DNA of 64,000 nt. Origin: Camelus dromedarius (Eukaryota). The number at the start of each line of letters is the position of its first letter. Position 1 is the first letter of the stretch. This document shows, one piece after another, positions 26,455 to 39,257 of this stretch. The DNA lies in the NCBI RefSeq assembly GCF_036321535.1, contig NC_087436.1, positions 84,756,001 through 84,820,000 on the forward strand, written 5' to 3'. A program made the position numbers and the translations under genes. The notes under the pieces are model-generated. The model saw nothing but the letters and a program-made list of their open reading frames with translations, was not told where the DNA came from and did not search any database.

Positions 26455-26670
26455 CTTTGCTTCCTCGAGTTCTTTATCGGCAGTCTCAAGCACTTCTTCT
26501 TTATGTCGTTCCAGCTGCTGTGCTAGCTGGTCTATTTCAGTTAATTCTTGGCAGAGTTTTTCATTTTTATTACTTAAATTAACGACTTCGGTAGTTACTG
26601 TTTCCTTGGTTTCCATAAGCTCTTGTATATGCTTTTCCAGGTCTTTATTAGCTTGCTGAAGAAAGTCAAC
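26455..26670 (-). CDS. CEP135: CEP135 exon 8 (216 nt)
   Basis: VDFLQQANKDLEKHIQELMETKETVTTEVVNLSNKNEKLCQELTEIDQLAQQLERHKEEVLETADKELEEAK; TTTAG|GTT acceptor, AAG|GTATGT donor. Confidence 0.97.
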
Positions 26671-26979
26671 CTAAATTGAATTTGTAATTCATAGGTATAT
26701 GAATGGGAAAATCATCCTAAATACCTAATTTTCAAAATAATATTTCAAAACACTATTATATATGTGTATTTTTTAATACTAAAAATTAAAACCCCAGGTA
26801 CTTTACATTTGCAAATGTATTATTTTGATTTGCAAAACCGACAACATATGGTTTAGTAAAAATATATGTCCATTGGCTTCAATTTTCAAGCATGGAAGGA
26901 AAGGATAAATAAGAAATTTTTCCCAATACAGAGTTCTATAAGTATGACAAGATTATCACTATGATAATATTAGTCTAGA

Positions 26980-27297
26980 CTGTGCTGTCCAATATAGTAG
27001 CCATTTACAGCCACATACGGCTACTGAGCAGCTGAAATGTGGCTAGTCCAAACAGAGGTGTGCTATAAATGCAAAATATACACAGGATTCCAAAGACTCA
27101 GTACAAACAAAAAAGTAAAATATCACAATATTTTACAACATTGATTACATATTGAAATGATAATATTTTGCATATATGTAGGTAAATACACTATTAAAAT
27201 TAACTTCATCTATTTTCTTTTTACTTTTTTAATCAGGCTACTAGGAAATTTTAAATTACATATGTGGCTCATATCCTCTTTCTATTGAACAGCACTG
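26980..27297. mobile_element. MER33-like (hAT-Charlie)
   Basis: Termini ctgtgctgtccaata...tattgaacagcactg, flanked by tctaga target motifs; about 320 bp. Confidence 0.8.
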
Positions 27298-27915
27298 CTC
27301 TAGAGCTACTGCTGATATCCAGGACTTACTCTCTTCCGCTTGCAGCCCAGGCAACATGACATCTATAAAGGTCATGTGTCATGCTTCACAGAAGTCTCCT
27401 GTTCTTTCACTCTTAGGCCCAATGTATGGCAAGGGAATCCACTACATAGGTAGATGGAAACTATATGTTTAATTTTTATATATATTTTTAAAAATCATCT
27501 TTTATATCATAAAAGAAATAATCATAAAATTTTTGAAAATGGAGAAAATCATAAAGAAGACTATCCTCACACAAAGATAAACTTTTTTAGTGTATTTTGG
27601 AGTATTCTCTTCCACTATTTTCTCTCTCTGCATGAATACATACATTCTTTTAAAAGCAAACTGAAGGTTGGTTACATTGCAGCTACGGTTCTTGTCTTCT
27701 AAATATTTACCATTATGGTAAATATATTCCTACCTCATTAAATGTTCTTTAAAAAGATTGATTTTTTAGTTGCACCCAATTTTGGATACTCTATGAAATT
27801 TTTCCCACTGTAAATAATACCCTAATAAACAACGCCGTCTCTTTTACAAACCCATAGACCATTACAAATACTTATGATTTTATATGCTCAGTGAAATAAT
27901 TATAAAAGTCATTAC

Positions 27916-28044
27916 CTGAATATTTAAATGAGCAATAAGCTTCTCGTTGGTTTTATTTCTAGTCTCCAGAGAAAGGATATCAGGGGAGCGACCCCCTTCC
28001 AGTGCAACCGACAGCCGTTCTATCTCTCGTTCTCTTAGCTCAAT
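27916..28044 (-). CDS. CEP135: CEP135 exon 7 (129 nt)
   Basis: IELREREIERLSVALEGGRSPDILSLETRNKTNEKLIAHLNIQ; TTCAG|ATT acceptor, CAG|GTAATG donor. Confidence 0.97.
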
Positions 28045-28649
28045 CTGAAGATAGAAAGTCATGCTATCATTCAAAAAAATCTGGTTTTGAACTGAAATGA
28101 TTAACACTGGAAAAACATTTATTTGGCTATACTTCCATTTTTCTTATGTCCCACAACATATATAAGAGATTAACATTCATATAGGTACCCACACCTATAT
28201 GGGATTATGAAATACATTTATGCAGAGCAAAAATAAGCACAGAAAAAGTCAACATAAGAACTGTCAGCATAGGTTTCATAAGTATTTTTATTGAAGAGAT
28301 TCTTCCTAATTTAATTTTTTTGTTTTTTTTTCCTCCTCTAATATTAGGTAATGTTTATATAAAAAGAAATTAGTAAGTATTGGAACTGAGCCTGAACTAC
28401 TTCAGTGCCTCGTGAAATCAATGTGGAATAAACAAATGAGTGGAAGACACAAAGAAAAGTGAATTGCTACTGAATCTCAGTATTAAAAAGGATATGAGGC
28501 TGGGGTGATTTAATTAATTATCTATTATTTAGAAAACAACAGACATATGATCAAAAACATCACTGTCAGCCATGAATTCACATGCAAGAATCTGGAAAAA
28601 TCCACACACTTTCAAACTTTGGTTTTCTTTTCCGAAAAAATTGAAAACA

Positions 28650-29740
28650 AAAACCAAGCATTCAATTTAACAATTACTGAGCATAGTTCTAAGTATACAA
28701 GGATGAATAAAACATGGTCCCTGACTTTCAGGAACACATGGCTTTACAGGAAAAGCAAGCAAGTAAACCAATAATTGCTTTAATATGTTGTTCAATGGTA
28801 GAACAGAAATATATATGGGATACCAAAATAGTCAGGAAATAAAGTGATTTAGTCTCCATGATGTAGTCATGCCTATGGAAATAAGTGAAGGCCTTATCAA
28901 ATAAATATGACCAAAAAGGTTATAAATGATGCTAGGAAGAGAAGAAAGGAGGGATGGGTGTTCCAGGCAGTGACAAAGCAAGCATAAAACAACAGTATGT
29001 TTAAGAGAGTAAAAATGACTCAGTATGACTGGATTGTAATGTGCAAGGGAACTAACAGTTGGAGGTGAGTCTGAAGAATTAGGCAGGAACTAATTATGAT
29101 AAGCACGGAGTACTCTGCTAAGGAGAAGTATTACTCTGGACTAAAGGATGAATTTGATAAGAATAAAATCAGCGGCAGCGAGACCTACTGCAGGGATATA
29201 TGAGAGATAACTAGGGCCTAAAATAAAACAGTGGGATACGGCAGAGCAGAAGTAAGTTTAAAAAGTACTCAGAACTGACAAAACATGGTGAGTGGTATGT
29301 GACAGGAGGAGAATGAGCCCTAGAAAGACTACAGAATGTTGGCTTGGGCAGATGGTGATGCTACCAATCCAAGAAGACAATATAGGAGGAAAATCAGATT
29401 TGAGACAGAAGACAGCAAGTTCAGTACTAGCACATGTGTACAAAGAGCCTTCATCCAAGTGGAAGCTCCCAGTGTAAAGTCAGGAATACGGATCTGGAGC
29501 TCAGCAGATCCTGAGACACCTGGGAGTCATCAATATTCAGGCAATAAACTAAGAGAGCAGATAACATTATCTGAGAAAACAGACAGGGACAGAAGGGTCA
29601 GGGACAGAATCCTTGGAAACAGTGACATTTCAGGGAGCAGGCAGTGGCAAAAAGCAAAGAAGATATTACATAAAAGGTTAAAAAAAAAAGGGTGAGAAAA
29701 GGAAATCCAAAAGAAAATGAAGTTGTGGAGCAGTTCCAAA
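28650..29740 (-). mobile_element. L2 fragment
   Basis: aataaaacatggtccctgactttcagga; ggcttgggcagatggtgatgcta; ggacagaatccttggaaaca. Confidence 0.65.
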
Positions 29741-30410
29741 GAGAAATTATCAATAATATATTATTGATAATTATACCAACACATAAGTTACATCTATATT
29801 TGTATGTGGAGATTTCTTCATTCCAAAAAATGCAGTCATGTGCAGAAAATAAAAAACGTGTTACCCAACTTAAACCTCAGTAAGCTTATTAAGAAAGCAA
29901 GCCTATAATTATCCAAATCAGAATTTAGCAAAGACATCAAAAGAAAGTATGAAAGAACAAAGCTTGTTAAAGTTATGCTCTAACTCTGCATCTATTAACT
30001 CCCCTGCTTCTTTGGAAAACTGTTTTATGGGGTACTAGTACTTGTAGAAGAATCACGCAACAAATGTGGCAACACAGAAGAGTAACTTTCAAAAAGACAT
30101 ATTCGAAATGACAAAATCTATAGTAAGAGTAAAAAAATTATATAAAATACCATTATAATGCATATTACAATGCATAACAAACTTCAATAAAATACTTCCT
30201 GAGATGGAAACAGTTAATACAGTTATAATATTTGGGGAGATAGATGATTCACCTTAAAAACAAAACAAAAGAAAACAAAAAACTACTATTTACCTCAACG
30301 CATAATGAAGGGAATGGGCTGAATGATCTGAAGGCACCTAGCTGTTCCAGTTATTAATTCTACCAACCAACTGATGAAAAAGAAAAGTTGTATTAAAAGC
30401 TCATGATGAC

Positions 30411-32478
30411 AAGCTTACTTCAAAAAACAAGAAAAATCTCAAATAAGCAACCTAATCTACCACCTAAAAGAATTAGAAAAAGAAGAACAAACAAAAACTA
30501 AAGTCAGCAGAAGGAAGGAAATAATAAAGATCAGAGAGGAAATAAATAGAGATTATGAAAACAATAGAAACAAAATCAATAAAACTAAGAGCTGGTTCTT
30601 TGAAAGGGTAAACAAAATTGACAGACCTCTGGCCAGGCTCACCAAGAAGAAAAGAGAGAGGACACAAATAAACAAAATAAGCAATAAAAGAGGAGAACTA
30701 ACCACCAATACTGCAGAAATACAGAAAACCATAAGAAAATACTATGAGCAATTATATGCCAACAAATTCGACAACCTAGAAGAAATGGACAAGTTTCTAG
30801 AAACATGCAGCCACCAAAACTAAATCAAGAAGAAACAGATAACTTGAACAGACCAATTACTAGAAATGAAATAGAATCTGTAATTTTAAAAAACCAATGC
30901 AAACAAAAGTCCAGGACCAGATGGCCTCACTGGGGAATTCTACCAAACATACAAAGCAGAACTTAATACTGAATCTTCTAAAACTCTTCCAGAAGATTGA
31001 AGAGGAGAGAAAACTCCCAAAGTCATTCTATGAAGTCATCATCACACTGATACCAAAAACAGAAAAAGACACTACCAAAAAAAAGAAAATTACAACCTGC
31101 ACATGAAGGTCAATTGATCTTTGACAAAGGAGGCAAGAAAAGCTGGACAGCCACATGTAAGTCAGTGAAGTTAGAACACTCCCTCATACCATACACAAAA
31201 ATAAACTCAAAATGGCTTAAAGACTTAAATATAAGACAGGACACTATGAAACTCCTAGAAGAGAACATAGGTAGAACACTCACCAACATAAATTGTGCCA
31301 ATGTTCTCTTCTATCAGTCTATCAAGGCAATAGAAATAAAAGCAAAAATAAACAAATGGGACCTAATCAAACTTATAAGCTTTTGCATAGCCATGGAAAC
31401 CATAAAGAAAAAAAAAAACGAAAAGATAACTTACAGACTCGGAGAAAACATTTGCAAACTAGGTGACTGACAAGGCCTTAATTTCCAAAATATACAAACA
31501 GCTCATAAAACTCAATAACAAAAAAACAAACAACCCAATCAAAAAAGGGCAGAAGACCTAATTAGACATTTCTCCAAAGACATACGGATGGTCAACAGGG
31601 ACATGAAAAGATGCCCAACATCACTAATTACCAGAGAGAACATCACAAAACTACAATGAGGTATCACCTCACACCAGTCAGAATGGCCATCATTAAAAAG
31701 TATACAAATAACAAATGCTGGAGAGGATGTGGAGAAAAGGGAACCCTCCTACATTGCTGGTGGGAATGTAAACTGGTGCAGCCACTATGGAGGACAATAT
31801 GGAGGTTCCTTAAAAAACTAAAAATAGAGTTACCATATGATCTAGCAATCCCAGTTCTGGGCATATATCCAGAAAAAAATTCTAATTCGAAAAGATACAT
31901 GTACCCCAATGTTTATAGCAGCATTATTTACAATAGCCAAGCCATGAAAGCAACCTAAATGTCCATCGACAGATGAATAATGAAGATGTGGTGTCACAAT
32001 GGACTACTACTCCACCATAAAAATGAATGAAATAATGCCATTTGCAGCAACATGGATGGACCTAAAGATTATCAGAGTAAGTGAAGTAAGTCAGAAAGAG
32101 AAAGACAAATACCATATGATATCACTTATATGCGAAAATCTAAAAAAGTGATACAAATGAACTTATTTACAAAACAGAAACAGACTCACAGACATAGAAA
32201 GCAAATTTATGGTTATCAAAGGGGAAAGGGGGTGGGAGAGGGATAAATTAGGAGTCTAGGATTAACAGATATAAACTACTATATATAAAATAGATAAACA
32301 AGGTCCTTCTGTTTAGCACAGGGAACTATACTCAATATCCTGTAATAAACTATAATGGACAAGAATATGAAAAAGAATATAAATATATAAAAAATACATA
32401 TATAAGTGAATCACTTTGCTCTACACCAGAAATTAACACAACTTTGTAAATCAACCAGAGATCAGTTAAAAAAAAAAA
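30411..32478 (+). mobile_element. L1 (partial ORF2 with RT domain deleted + 3'UTR + poly-A), antisense to CEP135, in intron 6
   Basis: ORF-track peptides [33 protein letters not shown]...[31 protein letters not shown]...[14 protein letters not shown] tail at 32468-32478. Confidence 0.92.
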
Positions 32479-32523
32479 CCCTTAGTATCAGTAGTATCAA
32501 ATATAACCCAATTCCATTTACAA

Positions 32524-32574
32524 TCACAGCACACCCATCTCAATCCCTACTATGTAAGTTAATAAAAATCCTAC
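32524..32574 (-). CDS. CEP135: Alternative terminal extension of exon 6 into intron 6 (CEP135mini-type 16-aa tail VGFLLTYIVGIEMGVL*)
   Basis: In-frame read-through of the exon-6 donor gives 16 codons then TGA (32526-32524), total 249 aa. This matches the length, and as I recall it the sequence, of the human short isoform. Confidence 0.6.
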   Translation of the reverse strand, partial: VGFLLTYIVGIEMGVL

Positions 32575-32659
32575 CTGCTTGTTATAATCTCTCAGTCCGC
32601 TTTCCATCATTGCTAACTTTTCTTGTAACTGGTAGACTTCTTGTTGAAGTTCTTGAATT
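32575..32659 (-). CDS. CEP135: CEP135 exon 6 (85 nt)
   Basis: IQELQQEVYQLQEKLAMMESGLRDYNKQ; TTTCAG|AAT acceptor, CAG|GTAGGA donor; ends at codon 233. Confidence 0.96.
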
Positions 32660-34241
32660 CTGAAACACATTTATAACTAATGCCAACATACATTTGTTAA
32701 GAAATTAAAAAATAATAAGAAGTGAAACTAAATGCCTTCTTTTAAAAACTCTCTACTTTCTGTTTCTCAATGAGGTACGAAGCGCTATGCCAAAGGGTTC
32801 CAAAGCCACAGCATGAACAGAGAACAACATCTTGGAGATTTACTTCTACAAGAATAGATAAAAAATTGAGTGGTAAATAATTTGAAACTCAAGATTATTT
32901 TATGTCTACTACTGCATTTTGATCCTTAAGACAACTCTTTGAGGTACTGTTGCCAATTCCTAAGTTCAGGGAACTAAGTGTCTAGTCCAAAATTCACAGT
33001 ATCATTAAATGAAATAAGAGACTCAAATGTTTTCTAACCCTAAATGACCCTGTATTTTCTATTGAACTGTGCTACAATCTGGAAGAGAAGAAAAATATTG
33101 AGACATACTACAATTTTCCAACTTAACATGCACACTTTATGCACAAATGATTCTGAATACAATTAAATGTGCATGTGTAAATTAAAACAAATAAGAGATC
33201 GATGCCATCTACAATGGTTTGATAGAAAAGAAGAATGTTAAGACACAAGAAAGAAAAAGAGAGTGATACATATGCAGCCAAAAAAACTCCTTAAATAATA
33301 CTAACACACTAAGTCCTAGTTATAACTGAACCAGAAAAACAAAACACAAAATATTTCATGGGTAAGGTCAGATAACTAAAAATACAGGTACCTAATATTG
33401 TGTGAGAATAACTGAGCTAAGAGATTCTAATTAGTATCTCACCCACTGTATTTTTTTTTTGTTACATTGAGATTAATAAAGCAGAAAACTCCCCCATATT
33501 CTCTGCATAATCTACAAAGTAAAAGGCTCACTACACTAATCACTTCCACTTGTATATTCCACATTTTAAAGTGTTTCTGCAGCTGTGACCAGATTGGCTG
33601 CCACTAGCGCTCTCCTGCTTGTGTTCCTCTTACAATTTTCTGAACATTTTGTGTTATTTCCCTTGTCTCATCTTCATTACTGGATTGTAAGCTTCTCAAA
33701 AGCTGCAACATCACCTTATCTTTACATCCCCAGAACACCTACATAATGCCTTTCCCAGAGAGCTTACTGAAGTTTTAATTAAAACAGAATTTATATCTGA
33801 TTCCAATTTAAGGAGATACCAGCATATACAGCTAGAGAATCATGAAGCAAGAATGTCAAAGCCAGTTACAAATCTATTCATGTCTACTGGCATTTGACAA
33901 AAATCTGAACCAATAGAGTCTGTAAAAGATTACTTGGGTGATGAAACTAAATGTCAAAGCAACTCTACTGAAACAGGCTCTTGATTGGCACTGAATTGTT
34001 TTCAAGCAAATATGAACAGAAACATCTGATACATGATCTATTTGAAATCGAAGTTTCAAAACAAATAGAAACCTTCTATATTCAGAATACATTCCGAAAG
34101 CATTTAGTGAGTGCTTATTCAGAAAGTTCTATGCTAGGCACCAAACATAATGATAATTAAGACAGAACCGCTACTATCAAGAAACTTACTGTTAACCAAG
34201 TGATCAATTAACTAGAGCCAACAAAGAATTATTTAATGCAC

Positions 34242-34383
34242 CTGTTATCAGCCACTTGCAGGAGGTCTGCAATGTAAGGGTCATCTGGCTGAGGAACCGG
34301 ATATGAACTGACTTCAGAGGGAGGCACCGGTTCGTCAATTTGCATACGCTGGCGCCTGAAAGCAATACTTCTTTTTTTGCCAC
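34242..34383 (-). CDS. CEP135: CEP135 exon 5 (142 nt)
   Basis: GKKRSIAFRRQRMQIDEPVPPSEVSSYPVPQPDDPYIADLLQVADN; TTTAG|GTG acceptor, CAG|GTGCAT donor (weak). Confidence 0.96.
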
Positions 34384-35189
34384 CTAAAAAAATACAAACG
34401 TGTGTTTCAAAAAAAAAAATTGAGAACAAAACAAAACATTGTCTTAGAATTAAGCATTTCAGAAGGTTAGCCTTTTTGTTATAAGGTATGTCTCTAGCTC
34501 ATATTACATACTGATAAAATGTTTCTCCCTCATATAGATAAATACTTATATATATAAATACCCACCTCATCTTCAACTAAACAATGTACTCCTGAAAACT
34601 TCAATAAGACACAATAATAAAGCAAGCTTTATTTTCTGCATGCTTAATACATATGCCCAGATTTAATCTGTTCCTCCACTAAATGGGGACCACACTTTGG
34701 CAAGATTAAAAGTTGAGTGCACCTTGTGGTATCCACTATTATAGGCTCAAGAAGTCATCACCAGCAGGAAACTGTCAAACAAGGAGCTCAAGGCAGTGAT
34801 AACTAAAATAGACATTATTAAGCAATGCCAAAAGAGCAGATAATTGAACCTTTAAGAAGCAAAATTAGTATACAACAAAATGTATACTCTGAATTAGAGG
34901 GAAATGTTTTCTTAATTATCCTTAAAAGCAGAAGGAGTAATTTCTGTTTATGGCTAGATATATCCTGTCTTGGTCCAAACCACATGGATAACTTACATTT
35001 TCCAGTATCTGGCCAAGATTAGACACGTACTTGAAAAACTAATTGATCTTCACAAAGAACAAACATAACCCACAAGTTTGTCTTCTTCAGAATCCTAACA
35101 AATTTTTTATACTTCTAATCTCTTGTTTTGAGGTTGAAGAAACCAAGTCAAAAGTATTTAAATGACCTGCTTGTAGTTACACACCTGAG

Positions 35190-35710
35190 CAAGGTAAGCC
35201 ATTTTCTTCTCCCCTTATCTCCTGGTTCTCCTCCTTGGTTGCTCCTTCTCAGTTTCTTTCAAAGACCCTCTGCTTCCACCAGGGCCTTAGATGCCAACTT
35301 TCCTAGGGTCTGTCTTTGGTTCTCCTCTCTTCCCACTCTACATAATCTCACTAGATAATCCTTACTACAGTCGTAGCTTCAATTCACATGATATTCAAAT
35401 GATCCCCACATTTGAATCTCCATCTGGGACCACACTTCTGAGAACAGATCTACATATCCTGCTTCATCCTAGAATCTCAATGTGAATGTCTCGTGGATAT
35501 AACATACTCAGCATACCCTCTGTGGAGGGTGGATCCCTGCTCTGCTTTCCACGTTATCTTAAGGAACAGTATCATCCAGGCACTCATTCATGTGAAACAG
35601 AAACTTGGGGATTCCTCTACTTTCCAAGTCTACCACATGCAGGCACTAAAATTTAAAGATTACACCTCCTAAATCTCTCTTCAATCTGTCCCACTCTTTT
35701 CTCAGAAAAT
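35190..35710 (+). mobile_element. L2 fragment
   Basis: ttcctagggtctgtctttggttctcctctcttccc; aaacttggggattcct; ctcctaaatctctcttcaatctgtccc. Confidence 0.6.
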
Positions 35711-36632
35711 CTAATTATCCTTTTTTTTCCCCCTTAATCTTCTAGTTACTTCCGAGATCTTCTCCCATGTTTCTCCATTTGTTCTGCCTTTGGCTCACAG
35801 TCCTCCTTGCCATCTCATTTCCTGCCATTTCAAGCCCCACTGATTCCTCCCCAGCCCTGGCCACTCGGTTCACAATTCCTCAACTCTCATGAGGCTCCTC
35901 TTCACTCAGCTACAGGTACATGGTAACATGATTATGCCTGGACTTTGTCATGGGTTAGAACTGAGCCAGTTTCCAGGTCTTCAACTCTCTTATGATAGAA
36001 ATTTTCGTTCTGACCAAATGACCATTGGTCCTCACCACGCTCTGTAATCCCTCAGTCTCTACCTAGTCTCATAGTTCAGTACTTTATTAGGCCTCAGTTA
36101 CTTCCATAATCTTAATTCCATGGTTTAGACATATCCGTGATCTTATTACCAGTACTGGAGATTCTTCCACCAACTTTATGCCCAGACAACCATTAACTCT
36201 GGATATGCCCCATCATTTCTTTTTCCTTGCTTGAGAACTACTGAGCATAAAGCTAAAAACAGTAAAATAAACTAAGAAATAAGAAAGTGCATCATTTTCA
36301 AAATGAGTATGAATTACTTTTAGAACTAAAATAATAATAGTGATAATAATAACAGAAAAAATTTTAATTAATGATTAAGGAAATAAAATTTTAGGCACTG
36401 AAGTTAGACTGCTTGTATCTAGGAAGCTATTATTACAGAAGTTTTTAAGCATACATGTAAGATACGAGCTGGATCTTCAGAAATAAATTTGAAAGTTTTT
36501 GTGACTATCCAACACATCTTTTCAAATACTAAAGTCTAAGCATGAAAATCCAAAGCCCCATCTCAGTCAACAGTTTTAATATTTTTAAAAGATCAGACGT
36601 GTATAACTTGTTTTAAGAAAGAACAGACTCAC

Positions 36633-36800
36633 CTGGGGTTTGTACTACAGCTTGCAAATTCTTTTCTTGAAGTTGTTGAATTTTTTCATTCTTAGCTTTG
36701 CTCTCTTTCTCTAAAAGTCTGAGTTTATGAACATACTGATTATTTAGAAATTTCAGATCAGCTGTTTCATGTGCACACTTTTTCAGTGTAGTTTTCAACT
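36633..36800 (-). CDS. CEP135: CEP135 exon 4 (168 nt)
   Basis: LKTTLKKCAHETADLKFLNNQYVHKLRLLEKESKAKNEKIQQLQEKNLQAVVQTP; TAAG|AGT acceptor, CAG|GTGAGT donor. Confidence 0.97.
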
Positions 36801-37565
36801 CTTAAAATGAAAAAGATTCAAAGACTATTTTACAGATCAAGAAATGTAAGAAGTGCTTCCATTTCACAAAATACAAAAAGTCACAGTAATTCGAAAGGCT
36901 CCACCTGAGTCTTACGTATGCTTTGCTGGAAAGGCTATACGTCTTCTACCACTATTAACAAAACTGCAAATAAATCACTAAGCACAAAAAGAAACTACAT
37001 TTTTCTTCTGCTTTATAAGCCTAATATAAATCATGATTTCTGATCCAATAAATTGGATATGATGCTAAGGGATTATGAATTCATGCCAGGTATTAGAGAG
37101 GGCTTTCCACTAAGTACAAGAAGAGTTTATACTAAGTTAGCCATATAATTACTCTTTGCTCAGTACCTTTGAAATTATTCCATTCCTACCTTCCAGGTCA
37201 AAGACAGGGAAGTAAAGAATCAGAACGATATGTGGCTTTCACCTCACTTTACTCTTCTTATTTCCCATAAGAGAATAACAAAGTTGTTTCAAGAACATTT
37301 TTTTTCAGTACCAGCATTTAATATTTTCTACAGCAATTTTAATTCTAAAAATGTAATCCTCATACAGTGAAGATGAATTTAGCTATGGAATGCAAATTTA
37401 TTTTCCTTCTTGAGAACTCTTCAACATACCCTACGATATTTCAAGAGCTGTCAACAGGAAGACTGTCACGTTTTCTAATCAATAGTTTTAAAAGTAGACT
37501 AGCTTTTTTCCTACATATAAGACAAAAAGGGCAAAAATATTGCATTTAAAAAATCATAGTTTTAC

Positions 37566-37756
37566 CTTTAATGTGTTGGCCTGATTGTTCTCTCAGTTTC
37601 ATTAATTCCAGGTATAATTCATTATTTTCCCTACTCAATCTTGCATTTTCAAGTTTATAAGGTTCCAATACAAAATCGAAATTGGCACTTTCTTTTTCAG
37701 CTTTCACAGCAGATAATTTTGATTTCCGAAGACTTTCAGTTGTATGAACTAGATCA
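37566..37756 (-). CDS. CEP135: CEP135 exon 3 (191 nt)
   Basis: DLVHTTESLRKSKLSAVKAEKESANFDFVLEPYKLENARLSRENNELYLELMKLREQSGQHIK; TTAG|TGAT acceptor, AAG|GTAAAA donor. Confidence 0.97.
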
Positions 37757-39257
37757 CTAATATTAAAGAACAAAAAAAATGTAAATACAAGAAAACAGCC
37801 TATTAACCTTTAATAACTAAAAACATATTTCTAAAAAGACTTAAAATAAATGTTAATGCTAAGTGGGCTCAAATCCAAAAATAAACAAACACTAGGAGTC
37901 TTTCAAAGTATCAGGAAGTACTCAAAAATTTCTTCAAACAGAATTAATTGAAAGTTATGAGCCACATAGTTAGAATCTCTCTCACTTGTCCCCCATATCT
38001 AATTAGTTACCTGATGCTGTGGGATCTGTGAAACTTATTTGTTTATTCAACGAATATTTACTGAATGTCTGCTATATGCTAAGAACAAGGACCACAACAA
38101 ATAAGAATCACTCTAAGAACAGAGACCAGCGGAACAGTCAGTCCATCGATACTTACTGAGCAGGCAACACAGCAGAGAACCCACTGTCACGGAGCTTATA
38201 TTCCACTAACAATTTGTCAAAAATTATAATACTACGTGATAAACTCAACAAATAGTTCAGTGCCAACTATGTGCTCAGCCTGCCCTAGGCATAGCAGCGA
38301 TCGAGTCAGCCTATGGTCTCATGAAGTTTGCATTCTAACGGGAAGACAAAACAAGTTTCTAACTATGATGAGTATTTCAGGTTACATGCGGCAGGTGTGA
38401 CAGAATCCTGCGGGCCATACAGCTAACCGAGCATCCCAGCAAGGAAGGCGGGAGAGGGGAGAAGGGCTTTACATATGGAGAGACCAAGGGTGACAGTGTA
38501 CATGTGTTTAGGAGCTTCTAGTGGTTCATACACGGGAGATGAAGCTGTGCAAGTGTAAAATCACTGTGGAAAAAGTTTGCCAGTTTCTTAGAAAGTTAAA
38601 CATCCTTCTACCCTATAACTCTGAAATGCAGCTCCAGAACTAGATCATGAGGGATCCTAGAGACCCTACTGAAGACCACAAGGTATCTTTCATGCTCGTT
38701 CTCTCCTTTCCCTCATCATCGCTTGCAGTCCTACCGCAAAAGCTTCCTGAGCAACTTCCCTGCTCGAGTCTCAGATCACAGTAACAGAACTCGTGGAAAA
38801 GAACAAAAATCACAAAGACTCTTTCAGTTAAAGTAATATGTAACAGGTAAAGGAATGGCCAGCCACGTTAGAGAACCATTACAGATGTAACAGTAATTAG
38901 AGCCCAGGGACATGTCAACTGTATTTCAATGAAAAATAAAGACCAGTGGGTAAAGCAGATACAGAACTTCTAACTATATCAGAAAATCACATTAAAAATT
39001 GTACTTTTATTCACAGGCAAAATCCTCAGAAACATTTACTCTGAACGGCATAGTTTAAATGGCTGACTCAGGAGTTCTGCAATGCGGAGGCCCTGAACTG
39101 ATGACAGGGGAGAAGGACCTAAGAACAGAGGAGCTTCAGACGATTTAAGGACTTTTTAAAACTCCACCCATTTCTTTACTGAAGCAGAAGTTCAATCAGA
39201 AACTAGATAAATGGCATTAAGGATCACACAGGTTTAGAACTGTATTTTTAGCTTTAC

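Noticed and set aside
27880..27915. Short read-through tails after exons 3, 4, 5 and 7
   Set aside because: Expected for any donor; no adjacent poly(A) signal noticed and no known isoform support.
30897..31958. L1 ORF2-like ORFs as an active retrotransposon
   Set aside because: 5'-truncated, RT domain deleted, multiple frameshifts and stops.
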